Assembly: GCA_030248215.1 (NCBI GenBank)
Contig: JASANG010003930.1
Span: forward strand, 496,001 to 560,000
From: Enoplolaimus lenunculus
Lineage: Eukaryota
Direction: 5' to 3'
Length of the DNA: 64,000 nucleotides
Position numbers and translations under genes: made by a program. Positions 53,101-64,000 of the stretch are shown here, one piece after another. The notes beneath the pieces are model-generated. The model saw nothing but the letters and a program-made list of their open reading frames with translations. It made no database searches and was not told where the DNA came from. How positions within the stretch are numbered: position 1 is the stretch's first letter; each line of letters starts with the position of its first letter.

Positions 53101-56100
53101 AATTTCGCTGTAAGACAACGAAACACAGTTATTTGAAAACCGACGTAGCCGCAAAATTCTATCAAATCCCATTTAGCTAGCTAGTTATCAAATTGAGTAG
53201 CATTAAATGCTATTCTATATTATTTAGTTTTTAACATGTGTTTCTAACGTGTTTTCATAACAGCGGTGATATAATTATGACGGTAATTGTATGTTTTGTC
53301 TGGGCCAGTATTCGTTCTCTAGTGTATGTATGACCTATCGCCAGTTGTTGGTGTTACTTGTTTAAAAAAATCTATTACATACCGTGTGATGATAGCGACC
53401 TTTGTACGAGTGCTGTTGTATACTTCAGTTCGAGCGCCATGATTATTCAATAATTGAACAACAGCGGCGAGACATCCCACTGACGCTTCATCTGAATGTC
53501 GAGAAGGACTCAAAATGGTCGGGAGTTGGCAAATCGCGTCGACGCAAAAGAACAATACGTATATTGGGGACGCGGGTAGACGATGTTGTTTCAATCAGTA
53601 GAGAACAGCGTAAAGCATGGATGGAGAACCCTGAACCAACGTTGCAGCGATTAAAAGTAAACTAATTCTATTCAAAACAGTAAGCTTTTGCATCATGACA
53701 AGTGTGCGAAAATAAGTTTAGCACCAATAGTGTTTTATTTTGTTCGATGTGCAGCTGGTTGTCGGTTTTTTAAATCATTAGGCGAGTATTATAATATTTT
53801 AATTATATTACATTTTCCAAACGATAATAATTTGTTTCTGGTAGCGGTTCCGCTTTGCGTGGTTACAAATTACTCTTGCCGTGCTTTAAGGACGTTATTG
53901 CCAAGGAACGCGCTGATACAGCAGAAATTTTGTTTCGCAGACCTTGCTTAGGTGAGATTCAAATGTTAGCATGAATAGTTGTTACAATAATTTAGTAATT
54001 CATTTCTAAAAATTTGGCTGGACAAGAGCAGGGACGGGCGGTCTCGGTCAAAAAAGCGAGACCGAGATCCAGCCTACCGAGACCCAGAATTTTGGTCTCG
54101 GTCTTGGTCAAGTCTTAACCGTTACGGGAAATCAAAAAAATTTCTAACAAAAGCTTTAAATATTTTTATCTGCTCAGAATTGCCGTTTAATTCATATAAT
54201 AATTATACAAATAAATCGCCGCCAAACTTTATTTTTTTATTTTATTTATCACATAGATATGGTGGCGCAAACGCAACAAAATCACAAAACTATCACCGAC
54301 CCCAATTATAACAGACGTTGCACAATGCATACATATGAAAACGGAGTTAAGCGGATTATATACGACCGTCACTCGTCAGTTCCAGTATTATAAATGAAAA
54401 CATTACTCGGTGATCAACTCAATTAAAATACATTTATTTTGCTTGAGCTGTGCAATTTTATTTACTTGTTTACTTCCACACATTTATGCAATTCGATCAT
54501 TATTTTTTCTACTTTTTGATCAACATCGCGGATTCAGCAAAACACTTTTGGATTTGCATGCTGCTAATTGTATAAATGCGCGAGAAAAAATTGACATGCA
54601 ACGGGAGCTTGGGCGATCGTCGTTTGATATCGAGGAGGTAAAATGAAGTTAATTTCTGTGTTGTCAAGGGTTACAAAAATGACTTTTTGGTGGAAATTAT
54701 TAAGTGATGTTCAGGAGTTAGAGTTATTTACTTATCTGAATAGAGTTCACGCGTCATTCCAAAGGGCGTTCGTCATACATACAATAAAACGGCGCTAACC
54801 TTGTGTGTTTTTTGTTTAAGTATGCTGAATGTTCGTCATTTTTCTACAAAAAATAGAAACATTTTAATCTTTGCTTACTTCGATTCTTGCAAAATTTTCT
54901 GTCTTGCTTAAAAACCATTTTGGATCTTAGACAACCGACGACCAACGGCGAGTTTTGTTACGAAGAGATGTGAGCACATCTGAATATGCAACCGGGACAC
55001 AAAACTATGGTGTTGCCGGTATGAGCGCTGTACCCACGTCAAGCAGTGCCCCAGCGCGTTTGGACTCAAATCATAGTGACCGCGATGCAGCAATTAGCTC
55101 CGCAGTCTCATCTGATCAGATTCCGAATGCACAGCGTCCGCAATTCGGGCTTCTTGGTGCGTCGTCAGACGAAATGGCAGCTGCTGCACCGTTTTTGGAT
55201 GAGTCAACTGAACGACAACGCGGTAGTTCAGCGGACGCAGTCGGACGTCTGTCGGCAAGTTTCCCTAGTAAGTCCGGAACAATCACGAATCCACGGTGCG
55301 ACCGGATGTTAATTTTACCTATGCCGTTATCTGACGTTGATAGTGAACTTTTGCCACAACCAAAGATTTACCCTTATTGCATCAAAATTGTGCACTGTTT
55401 GAAGTATTTGAGCCGCACTAAAGTACATTTTTACTAAATTATAATATGCTAGCAAGGATTTTGTATTGAAAACTTCAACTTCTTGACTTGCTCAGAAGTG
55501 TAATTAAAGTAAAATGTGAAATATGCTCACTGGTAGAAAGCAGCTTCTTGAAATTCGGGACCACCACCGTAAATACCCGATATCTGGTAGGTTTATACTG
55601 AAAGCAGATTTGGATATCCGGTCGCGCCCTGCTTGAATGCGATTAATATTGTAATTAGTGATTTGCGGATACCAAAATTTCTGCCTATGCATATATCGAT
55701 GTCGATTGTTATTTTCAAATTTTGGCGCTACCGATGCCGATATCGAATTCTATTTTACATTATTATAGATGCGAAGACTTAAACCTTAACCACCATAAAC
55801 GATTATAATTTTATGAATTCATTTCAGTTGTTTTAAACACATGCGCAAGAGTCATATCTGGCTTTTTTGCGGAAAATGTAGGTTTGCCTAGATTGATATA
55901 GTGACAAGACTTGGGTAAACAACTTGTGTGTTACTTTTGTGTCAGAACCCTACTTCAAGCTCAACTAGAGCAAGAAGACATTGTTGAACTGAAATCTATA
56001 ACGAAAATTATATATTTGCTTGCTGTTGTAGTGGTTCTGAATTCCAACAACTGCGAAAGGATTCGTTTTAACTTCAAAACCTCGACAGTGAAACAGAGGT

Positions 56101-59100
56101 TCTATACAACCGTTTCTATGCAAAATTTTTCTCATTAAACAGCTCATTTCATTTTTGTATAATGTCTTCTAAATGTATTGCAGGCTTTCATCGTGTTTCG
56201 TTGTTGGATGACTCTGATATTGGTCACGATTCTCGAATCGAACGTCCTCGGTAGGAATGCTCTCCTTTATATCGTAATATTAAACTTTTCAAACTACGCG
56301 ATGATGCTGTGCGTCTCAATATTGGCGCCGATTTTGCGCTAAACATTGTTTTGTTGTGATGTTATGATTTTGAAATATACACTTTGTATTATTAAGTCTA
56401 CATTTTGGCGGGTTACCTTTCAGAGAGAGATATTATGTCTTAAGTTTGATTTTGACATAAGTCGACACTTTAGTTTTGTAGCCGTACCCGTAACATAAGG
56501 CAAAGGTTTTAAATAAGGATTTCTGCCGGTGTAACATTTAATTTTAACTTCCCAGGAAAATTAACTATCCAATCATCATTATATAACCAGTCATAGTGGG
56601 ACTACATTTATTGAGCGAAGCTCGAACACACGTAAGCAATTAAGGTATTATGTAAATTAGTTATTAGCCAGCTAGTCATATTTTATCGGTTTTATAGGTT
56701 TGGAAACAATTTATTCAGATTTCCACGAAAAACCCTTCAGTCACCCCAATAGGTCTTGAAATAATTTAAAAAGTCCTAATTTTGTCTTGTCAATTAAGCT
56801 AATATTAGAGTTGCATCCGGGTCCGGGTTTTCGCTTCAATAAATTCCTAGTCCGGGTTTCATAACAAATTATTCCGGGTCCGGGTATTGCAAAATTACCC
56901 GGACAAAATAACCGGAACAAAATTAGCTTAGAGATTTTATTAACATCCCACGCCTACATTCTGAATAGTAACTGTATCGTACCAAAAATAGATTTTGCAC
57001 AACCAACACTAACTGTGAAACACTTACTCATACATTAGAAACAAAACACACCCAACATGTCTCTTAACACAACTATTGCATGTCGTATGTAAAAGCAAGC
57101 TGCAGAATGAAAAAGGTGGTCAACAGGCTTCACCTTTGTTGAGTAAGTTAACGTAAGCAGATATGCTTGGGTTACGATTACGAATGCTCAATTAGGAACG
57201 GTTGGAATGGTCGGGATACGGAGACATGACGTCTCAGTTTAAGTTAGTAATTTGACATTTAACTTAAGTTTAGTATCTATCGCCTAAATCAAAGATTGCT
57301 CGTTTAACGATTGCTTCAACGTCCAGGAACCTGTGAAGAATGCTATATTAGGCTCTAGCTATAGCTTCGCGAAACACATATAAGTCAACTGACTTAGGTC
57401 AGGTTTCTATCACTCACCCAAAATTGTTTAATGTAATCTCGTAGCTAGATTGTGTATTAAACTTGGAATAGGTATCGGCATCGGTATACCTTCAAAATAA
57501 TCGATATCGGCGCCGGTAAAAAACTTTGGTATCGGCACATCCCTAGCAAGGATAGTGCATTGTTTTATGATTTACTTGAAATAAATTTTTGTGAATGACA
57601 TTAGTCACTTCGCATTGCAATACTGTCCATTAGCATTTTAAATACTGAGCTGTTAGAGATAGATGAAGCCAGAAATTCTTTCCTATCTTTAAAAAATTAG
57701 GATCATATTTAGTTTTTAAGTAATAAAAATTCCGGGCCCGGTTTGTTCGGAAAATAAATCCGGGTCCGAGTCCGGGTTTGCATTCTTATAAATTCCGGGT
57801 CCGGGTTTTCTTTCAGAAAAATCCGGGTCCGGGTATTTATTTTTAAAAGTTGCAATTCTAGCTAATATGCAAATTAGCTATTAGCTAACTATTCGATTAT
57901 CGGTTTTAAAGGTTTGTAGACAATTTATTCAGATACCTCGTGCCCATAACTCAAAAAAGTTTATCAAGATTGGTTCAGCCGTTCCTGAGATTCTTTTCGG
58001 ACGAACAGATGAACGTGCGGTCATCCACCTTTCGACCCCAGAGTACAAAACACAAAACGCTTCGCGAAACTCCGGGCTTCGCTCGGAGTTTTGCTTAGCT
58101 TAATTATATGTAATTTTGGATCCTCCGGTCAATGTTAAATATATATTACCTCCCCTTATTGTAATATTCAGAGTGCAACCGGAATTCCGATTCCGTTTGG
58201 AATTCCGATTTAAAACGGGTTCAGATTCTGATTCCGATTGCGCAATCAATCAGAATCGGAATATCGAAATTTTAATTTTACTTGTTCTGATACGTTGCAT
58301 AAAAATTCGGTTTTATTTATCTATTAAATTGCTTCCGATGAGTTAACTTATCAATAATTGATTGTAGTTTAGCTGTACAGAACCAAAAATCACCGCCAGA
58401 TTGTTCATGAGCCAATAGACACCCTAAATCAACATTATAATTTGCCAATACAAATTATCCGTAGTCACAAAATTTCTAGTTCCGATTCCGATTACAGTTC
58501 CGCTGCGGCAGGCGCAATTTTCATTTCTCCGATGAATCACAGACTAAGCTGTTAGTCTATACATGGAAAATTTGGATATTTGCAGGGGAAACGGAAAATT
58601 TTCGCGTATGCTGTGGAATTTTCGTGACAAGAGGGTAATCCTGTGGCCAGTTTAATTTCGGCACATCGTAAATGAGCGATTACCTATTAAAATACCAGAG
58701 GACGATCGACATGTCCCATTTGCTAAGACAAACGTGAAGAAACCTTGCCGCGCGAAAAGAATAGAAACGTTTTTTATTAATAATTTTAATTCATATCGAA
58801 AATGCATAATTGAGGTACTTCAAAGCGGATGTTTAGTGTTCTAAAACAAACGAGTGACTTTGGTAAAACAGAAGTTCGGCTGATATATAGTTTAATAGAA
58901 TTGAAGTATATCCTGAAACGCCGAAAAATAGAATGAATGTAGTATCGAAACAATGGAGTATTATTAATAAAGGAAACTTTTTCGAAAGGTTTTAATTATC
59001 ACAAGGTAAATTAATATTTTTCTAAATACATATCCTAGAGATACACGAAATTCATCACAGTTAATTACACTAGGGATGTGCCGATACGAAAATTTTTGTC

Positions 59101-61467
59101 GATCTGGTACCGATGGCGATTCTTATTTCGAAATTTTGCGGATGCCGAACCGATGCCGATTCCAACTTTAGTGCACCATGCTCAATGAACAGATAGGATA
59201 CTACATTACATCTTTATATGAATACTTAAACCTAACCATCATATTCGATTAGAATTTTATAAGAGCGGTTCATTTCAATTATTTTTTCAAACACAAATGC
59301 AAGAGAAAACTGTTTTCATGACGAGACACGCACAAGATTGAAGTTATTTGATTTTGAAAATAAATTAGAAAAAATTTGTCGTTTAAGGATATATACTGCA
59401 TGTGTTAAGCTTAATGAATATACATGTATCTACTACAACGTTAAAACGTTGCTATTCGGTGAAGTAGATCGCTACTGGGGAGCCAATATTACCTGGAGGG
59501 AGTTAATATTGTATATTATATAATGTTAACTGGGGGAGTCAAAATTATATATAATATTGACTGGGGGAGTTATTTTTTGGGGAGTTACGCCGCACAGGCC
59601 ATATTAATAAATGTAATCAGAAACTGGTTAAAATTTGCGCTTCTAGTCCTAATTAGGCAGTTGGATAAATAACTCTACAAAAACTTTCGACCTTTAAACT
59701 TGTGTTGGTTTTCTGACACGTCAAAAATGAGTTAGGCTATGTCTCTGCAACCCAGTCATTATTTACTTGCCTTTGTGGCTTCATTTAAAATTCATTTTCA
59801 GTCAAATACTTCATCCAGTGGAAGAAAACATGGAGTTAGCCATAGGTAAAACAATTGTTTTGGCGCGTGTCGTCCAGTACTTCATCAGTTTAACATTAAT
59901 GGTGCCTGGCCGCGTTCTTTTAGTTTCGGTCGTGTTGCGTAAATTTACTTAGACAGTCTGCAACTATACATTCTAGTTGTAAGAGCGAGCCAGTCAGCTG
60001 TTGGCTAATGTAATGGTTTACTGTATTTGCAGCGCATTTTTGTTTATATGGACTGTTCCCCAGAGTTTGTAGTTACTTGAAATTGAAATTAGTAAGCGTG
60101 GCTTCTGATATGAACTGTTTATGAAATTAAATTCTGTAACAGATCAAGGGTCTCTTCCTGTTGACAAAGATAGCGTTCCAATACGTATCAGTGATCTTGG
60201 ATATGATGCAAATCATCGGGCGCCTCCAGATTACTCAACTAGCATAATGGTGAAGCCTGAAATCCGTCCAGTGCCAACTAGCGTAAGTGTTTCTGGTGGT
60301 GATGTGGATCGGTCACTCACAACGCGTCGTAAGCATGGTCGACGTTGGCGGGAACAACATCCGCAGTGTTTTTATTCATCTTCGTCTGAACATTCAAGCG
60401 TTGAGCGTGCTACCCGTGCATGGACCTGTCATTACAAGATGGAACAATTCAAGATGTAAGTTTATATATTTACGGTTGAATGTTCAAGAAACTGAGGTCT
60501 TTTTCAGCTGGTGCCGGAGGCGGACCCTTCGGCTGTACACTAACTTTGTGAATAATGTAGATAGCATAAAACGCATAAATATATTCTAATCTTTTATATC
60601 GCAATCGCTTTTTGAGCTACGTACTAGTTGTTTCCCGCGCGTTTTAGTAGTTTTATTACATACATGATACTATGTACGTATCAGCTTAAACATTGATGTA
60701 TTATGTGTATAAGCAATTTTTTGCTCTGAATTCTTTAATTGCTGGGTTATCAGTGCTGTATCTTCAGTCTGCTCACATGCACCATAGAACAGAATCAATC
60801 AGTTGCGGAACCTATATCATCGTGTGAATTTCATGATCTTTGTCCGCCAGGTCCCAGTGGTGTTACTCGAGTGCAAGCAGCAAAATCATTGAACATGTTG
60901 TTATGTATGTTTGAGTAAAAATACTGCCAGGGACAGGTTTAAGTATACATGCAGTTAACGCGTCATTGTTTACTGAGTTCATTAAGCAATCACGCAGCAA
61001 CAGCAGCTACGGTTATGATTGCAGTAATGATGGAATAGATGCGGCGGTACTTGCTTTTGCTACCCTCAAATGAAAAATTCAGTTCGCGCTTAATTTTGTT
61101 CAGGACTGTAAATTACATAAATTGTTTTTAGGCACAACAACTTAACGATGTTCGTACACTTTCACTGTATTATGACATTTTTGGTTTAGCTTGTTATGTA
61201 CAGTTTGAGCTTAATACATTGAACTGTATAGTATTTGATTGTGGTAGTGCACGTTTTAACATCACGTGGAATAACTAATTTGAATATTAGCTTAATTGCT
61301 TAAGTAAGTTCGAGCTACACACAGTCCGTGTAGTCCCACTACGACTAATATATGTGTTGTATTTCTACAATATGATATTTTTAGTACTTGCTCGTGATCA
61401 AGCAATAAAGCTGTCTCAAGAAGTAACATTTGGCCCGATTATTATCTCGATGGTTTTGAGTGAATAA
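41095..61467 (+). CDS. rec-8: REC8-type meiotic cohesin alpha-kleisin (Rad21/Rec8 family), ~18 exons, ~836 aa
   Basis: N-terminus MYYSYDILARPSGRFSIVWLAATSGRLMKKNQIQMVDIVKTCAEILEHI...PFSLYLSSQLMYGTVFVYQKKVQYIMDD; central ITLRDE and SRRRKR...VDDVVSISREQRKAWM; C-terminal winged helix FHDLCP...TRVQAAKSLNMLLLLARDQAIKLSQEVTFGPIII. Phase-consistent GT-AG exons: 41095-41150, 41779-41847, 42892-43037, 43878-44134, 47005-47047, 49579-49718, 50428-50462, 52501-52825, 53429-53656, 53891-53951, 54315-54384 (tentative), 54538-54637 (start tentative), 54931-55267, 56184-56250, 59802-59845, 60143-60455, 60768-60904, 61385-61467. Confidence 0.87.
41779..41847 (+). CDS. rec-8: rec8-like exon 2
   Basis: (W)LAATSGRLMKKNQIQMVDIVKT(C). 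Confidence 0.85.
42139..42506. mobile_element. hAT-like MITE family with TAGGGATGTGCCGAT termini; further ends or copies near 47477, 49734, 57545, 59071 and 63365
   Basis: Recurrent TAGGGATGTGCCGA / TCGGCACATCCCTA termini with ATCGGC subrepeats. Confidence 0.6.
42892..43037 (+). CDS. rec-8: rec8-like exon 3
   Basis: Contains FSLYLSSQLMYGTVFVYQKKVQYIM, the REC8-type signature. Confidence 0.9.
43878..44134 (+). CDS. rec-8: rec8-like exon 4
   Basis: Phase-1 entry, DDYKQMVVHLSRQQ...; donor GTTAGT. Confidence 0.8.
44776..45562. mobile_element. Non-autonomous TIR element, copy A
   Basis: TIR CTGGCTT(T/C)TCCACAGC...GCTGTGGAGAAGCCAG; highly similar to 51191-51907. Confidence 0.8.
45650..45958. mobile_element. 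Palindromic MITE (related copy ~22398-22920)
   Basis: TGTCGTAGCCCAA...TTGGGCTACGATA long inverted termini. Confidence 0.6.
46034..46623. mobile_element. hAT-type MITE (TAGAGTTGCA family) nested in a CAGGGTGC-terminated element (~45994-46955)
   Basis: TIR TAGAGTTGCA...TGCAACTCTA, degenerate 8-bp TSD, CCGGGT subrepeats. Confidence 0.75.
49579..49718 (+). CDS. rec-8: rec8-like internal exon
   Basis: Contains DTITLRDE; TTTTAG/GTCAGG boundaries. Confidence 0.75.
51191..51907. mobile_element. Non-autonomous TIR element, copy B
   Basis: Same TIRs as copy A; flanked by TTAGT on both sides. Confidence 0.8.
52501..52825 (+). CDS. rec-8: rec8-like internal exon
   Basis: In frame with ORF 52565-52951; phase 2-0. 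Confidence 0.72.
53429..53656 (+). CDS. rec-8: rec8-like internal exon (basic patch / SA-Scc3-binding-like region)
   Basis: SRRRKRTIRILGTRVDDVVSISREQRKAWM. Confidence 0.8.
54931..55267 (+). CDS. rec-8: rec8-like internal exon
   Basis: In frame with ORF 54955-55437; donor GTAAGT. Confidence 0.75.
56583..58103 (-). mobile_element. DINE-1/HINE-like element copy 3, interrupted by a hAT MITE
   Basis: Same hairpin and sub-TIR termini as copy 2; microsatellite reduced. Confidence 0.75.
56806..57860. mobile_element. hAT-type MITE (TAGAGTTGCA family) inside HINE copy 3
   Basis: TIR TAGAGTTGCA...TGCAATTCTA and perfect 8-bp TSD GCTAATAT (56798-56805, 57861-57868). Confidence 0.85.
60143..60455 (+). 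CDS. rec-8: rec8-like internal exon
   Basis: In frame with ORF 60121-60459; phase 1-2 fits both neighbouring exons. Confidence 0.72.
60768..60904 (+). CDS. rec-8: rec8-like penultimate exon (winged helix)
   Basis: FHDLCPPGPSGVTRVQAAKSLNMLL. Confidence 0.85.
61270..61350 (+). mobile_element. HINE 3'-end fragment in the last rec8 intron
   Basis: TTAATTGCTTA...GTTCGAGCT...GTAGTCCCACTACGACT, the reverse complement of the copy 2 terminus. Confidence 0.6.
61385..61467 (+). CDS. rec-8: rec8-like terminal exon
   Basis: LLARDQAIKLSQEVTFGPIIISMVLSE*. Confidence 0.85.
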
Positions 61468-61589
61468 TGCGGAGCCGACTAAAATGCTATTTACCTAAAA
61501 AATACGAGGTACAAACTATTGCTTAATGTCATATGAAATGCTAGTGCAATAAGCAGTCTCGGTATTGAAATGTGTGCATGATATATTTT

Positions 61590-62002
61590 CAGGGTCCCCG
61601 CGCGTTTAAGGAAAACATCGAATGTGAAGTACTTTGTTAGGGAAATCATGGAAAACAGGAAAAAGTTGAGGTTTTCGAGAAACGTCAGGAAACAAAATTT
61701 AGTTGTAGCGTATGGTGCGTGATTTATACCAGAGACAGAACCTGAACCACCGAGAATGCAATTATAGTCTTCCAAATGGAGAGCTTCGCCGATATAACAT
61801 TTTATAAGTGTAATGTTGAGAGGCTTTGAAGCTTTGGTCTCGTGGATCCGTCTAAGTTTTTTGTTAAAACCAAACTTTTCGCTTTCTGAAATCGGCATAG
61901 CTTTAATAAACCAGTTCGAGGTAAAAATATCTGCTGCAGTTAGTGCCAGAGAAAATTTTTACGTTATATGGAAATTTTTTTTAAATGCGCGGGGAGACCC
62001 AG
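61590..62002. mobile_element. Probable non-autonomous TIR element
   Basis: Imperfect TIR CAGGGTCCCCGCGCGTT / AATGCGCGGGGAGACCCAG with internal (C)AGGGAAA subrepeats. Confidence 0.45.
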
Positions 62003-64000
62003 CATTTTGATTAAAAAGCCGTTTTTATTATTACTCTGAAGTTTGCAATATGAATATTTCCTGTTTGTTTTACCAATCATCTTTTTTTTCTTCTGTGCGT
62101 TTTGTTGGCTGTTGGAGTCCTGCGCAGCGGTACACTCTAAATTATTTTTTAAGAAAAGTTTCAGAATAAAGTTAAAAATATGTTCCCACTGTGCTCTAAT
62201 GCTACGCTGATGTGCATATTTTACTATAAAAATTTGGTTACAATGTTGGTGCTGGGAGACCGCACTTAATATTTCAAGGTATATTAATAATAAGCTTCGT
62301 AAACTTGCGTAAAACTTTTCGTGTTCGTAATTTGAAATTGCATAAAATTTCAAATATTACATGAAATTTTATTGCTCACAGTACGTTTATTTATAAAAAG
62401 AAACGATTTTTTGACTTTGCGCTGAACTGGATTTAAAATTATGCGCGATGTTCTAAAAAACATGCGAAATGTTCTAAAGACATGGTGTATTTGCAATGGT
62501 CCGCTGTTAAAATAATTATATTTCTAGCTTATAAATAAACAAATAAAAGAAATGCACAGGTTAATGTATTTTCTGTAATGAATTGTTTACGTTGTTGTGG
62601 TTGATTTTGCTTACTTGGCGCTAATCTTGTTATGTCAATTAATACTCAGTAATATTAAAATATACCCCGTCGATCGACAAGCGGGCAAAATGCAAAAACT
62701 TCAACTTAAGGGTTACACCAAGAACTGTAATCGATGTGTTTCCGTACAGAACGTAGTGAATCCTGCAATCAAATTACATTTTACCGGCTTGAATGAAATT
62801 ATATACACGCTGAACGACGCTAAATTTTCTCTGCTTCAGTTTTCCTTGAAAGTGTTGCGCGCGTAAACCAGGTTATATATACATTTTTGTAATTGCACGG
62901 TTGCTATAGCATTACTATTTTAACCAAAACGAAGCAGTTTCCCCCAAAATTACTTCTGGGCTCTCCGTGGTCTGGTCCCTAATGCCCAGCCACGTCCCCC
63001 CTGTTAATCTGCGTTTTTCAGTGTCAGGGAATTACAATTTATCGCAACGGGAAATTGAAAAAATTGTGTATCGGAAACGGAAAATGACAAATATATGCCA
63101 CCGAAAAGTTCATTTTAATTTTCTTTTTTGCAATATGGGGAAATAACCCTAGTTGGAGATAGGTATTCGCTTTATCTGCTGTATTTTAGAGTTTTATAAT
63201 CCACACAAGCGAAATATACCTTCGATGGTTCATTTTCGGCAATTGTCAAGTTTTACATATTATACAAATAGAATATATCGGCAGTTTTTTTCAGGGCCGA
63301 TATCGATACGCTCGAAAATTTCCGATTATTACTGATGCCGATGCCGATTAATCGGCACATCCCTATAATGTACAACCTTACAATTTTTATAACGAGTTGA
63401 AAACGTGTATAATTTATAAAAATGCGATTAGGTTGACTTGTGGGATCGCCCCGTCCACAGCATTCAGTTACCTTAGATTTTCTACTAGGTACACCCTGGA
63501 AAAAGTCTCCCACAAAAATGGGATCAGGGACTGGCAAGATTGAGTGTTGTAAGGTATGATTACTTGTTTTATTGTTTTTCGAATTGTATCCGGTTCTCTT
63601 TTAGTCAGTGTTTGTTTAAAATTATGCATTTTATGCGTTCCAGTGAATAATGAGCTTTAATTCGATGTATTTAATTTTTTCGCAAAATAACATAGTCAAC
63701 CAGCCAGCAGCATGGTGCAGCAGGAATTCCGGTTCCGGTATTTTTTCACTTTCCGGGTCTGGTAACCTTTTACCGGAATTATAAATTCCGGTAGTATTAA
63801 ATTTTGGTCGGTTTTTAAAATTTGCGAATCTTTAAGAAATCTTTTTAAAGCCACTTGTTCAATTAGTGATGACAAAAATGAAATAGATTTGATTAGTATA
63901 CATAATATATATAAAGCTTGACAATCGCCGAAAATGAACCATCGAAGGTAGATTTCGCTTCAGTGTATAAGGAATGTCTAAAATACAGCTGATTAAGTCC

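Noticed and set aside
55911..56138. Possible extra rec8 exon (TLLQAQLEQEDIVELK)
   Set aside because: The acceptor phase does not fit the preceding exon and there is no good donor; the chain is complete without it.
61491..62353. 135-aa and 129-aa minus-strand ORFs
   Set aside because: They overlap a TIR repeat and AT-rich 3' flank, with no recognisable domain.

Overview
AT-rich, intron-rich, repeat-dense eukaryotic DNA. It is probably nematode, inferred from a MAB-3-type double-DM gene and degenerate TTAGGC repeats; the relaxed splice acceptors suggest a non-rhabditid lineage. Two spliced genes can be reconstructed by hand and are transcribed away from each other. (1) Minus strand 1728-10444: a 5-exon mab-3/Doublesex-like transcription factor of ~1594 aa with two DM domains and very large polyQ/polyT/polyN and VNTR-derived regions. 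Both DM domains have His where the first Cys of the canonical CxCxxC is expected. (2) Plus strand 41095-61467: an ~18-exon REC8-type meiotic kleisin of ~836 aa that is mostly invisible in the ORF track. The ~30 kb between them has no gene I can recognise but carries dense mixed-orientation AGAC/GTCT clusters and five perfect GTCTAGAC palindromes (Smad-binding elements), plus several DM-protein-like sites. This is a candidate TGF-beta/Smad-controlled regulatory landscape for a sex-differentiation gene. The rest is non-autonomous transposons: DINE-1/HINE-like Helentron derivatives, many hAT-type MITEs with 8-bp TSDs, and PIF- and CACTG-type MITEs. There is also a C3/G3-tract satellite, a tRNA-like relic and a possible mitochondrial insertion. 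All calls come from manual reading; no database searches were run.
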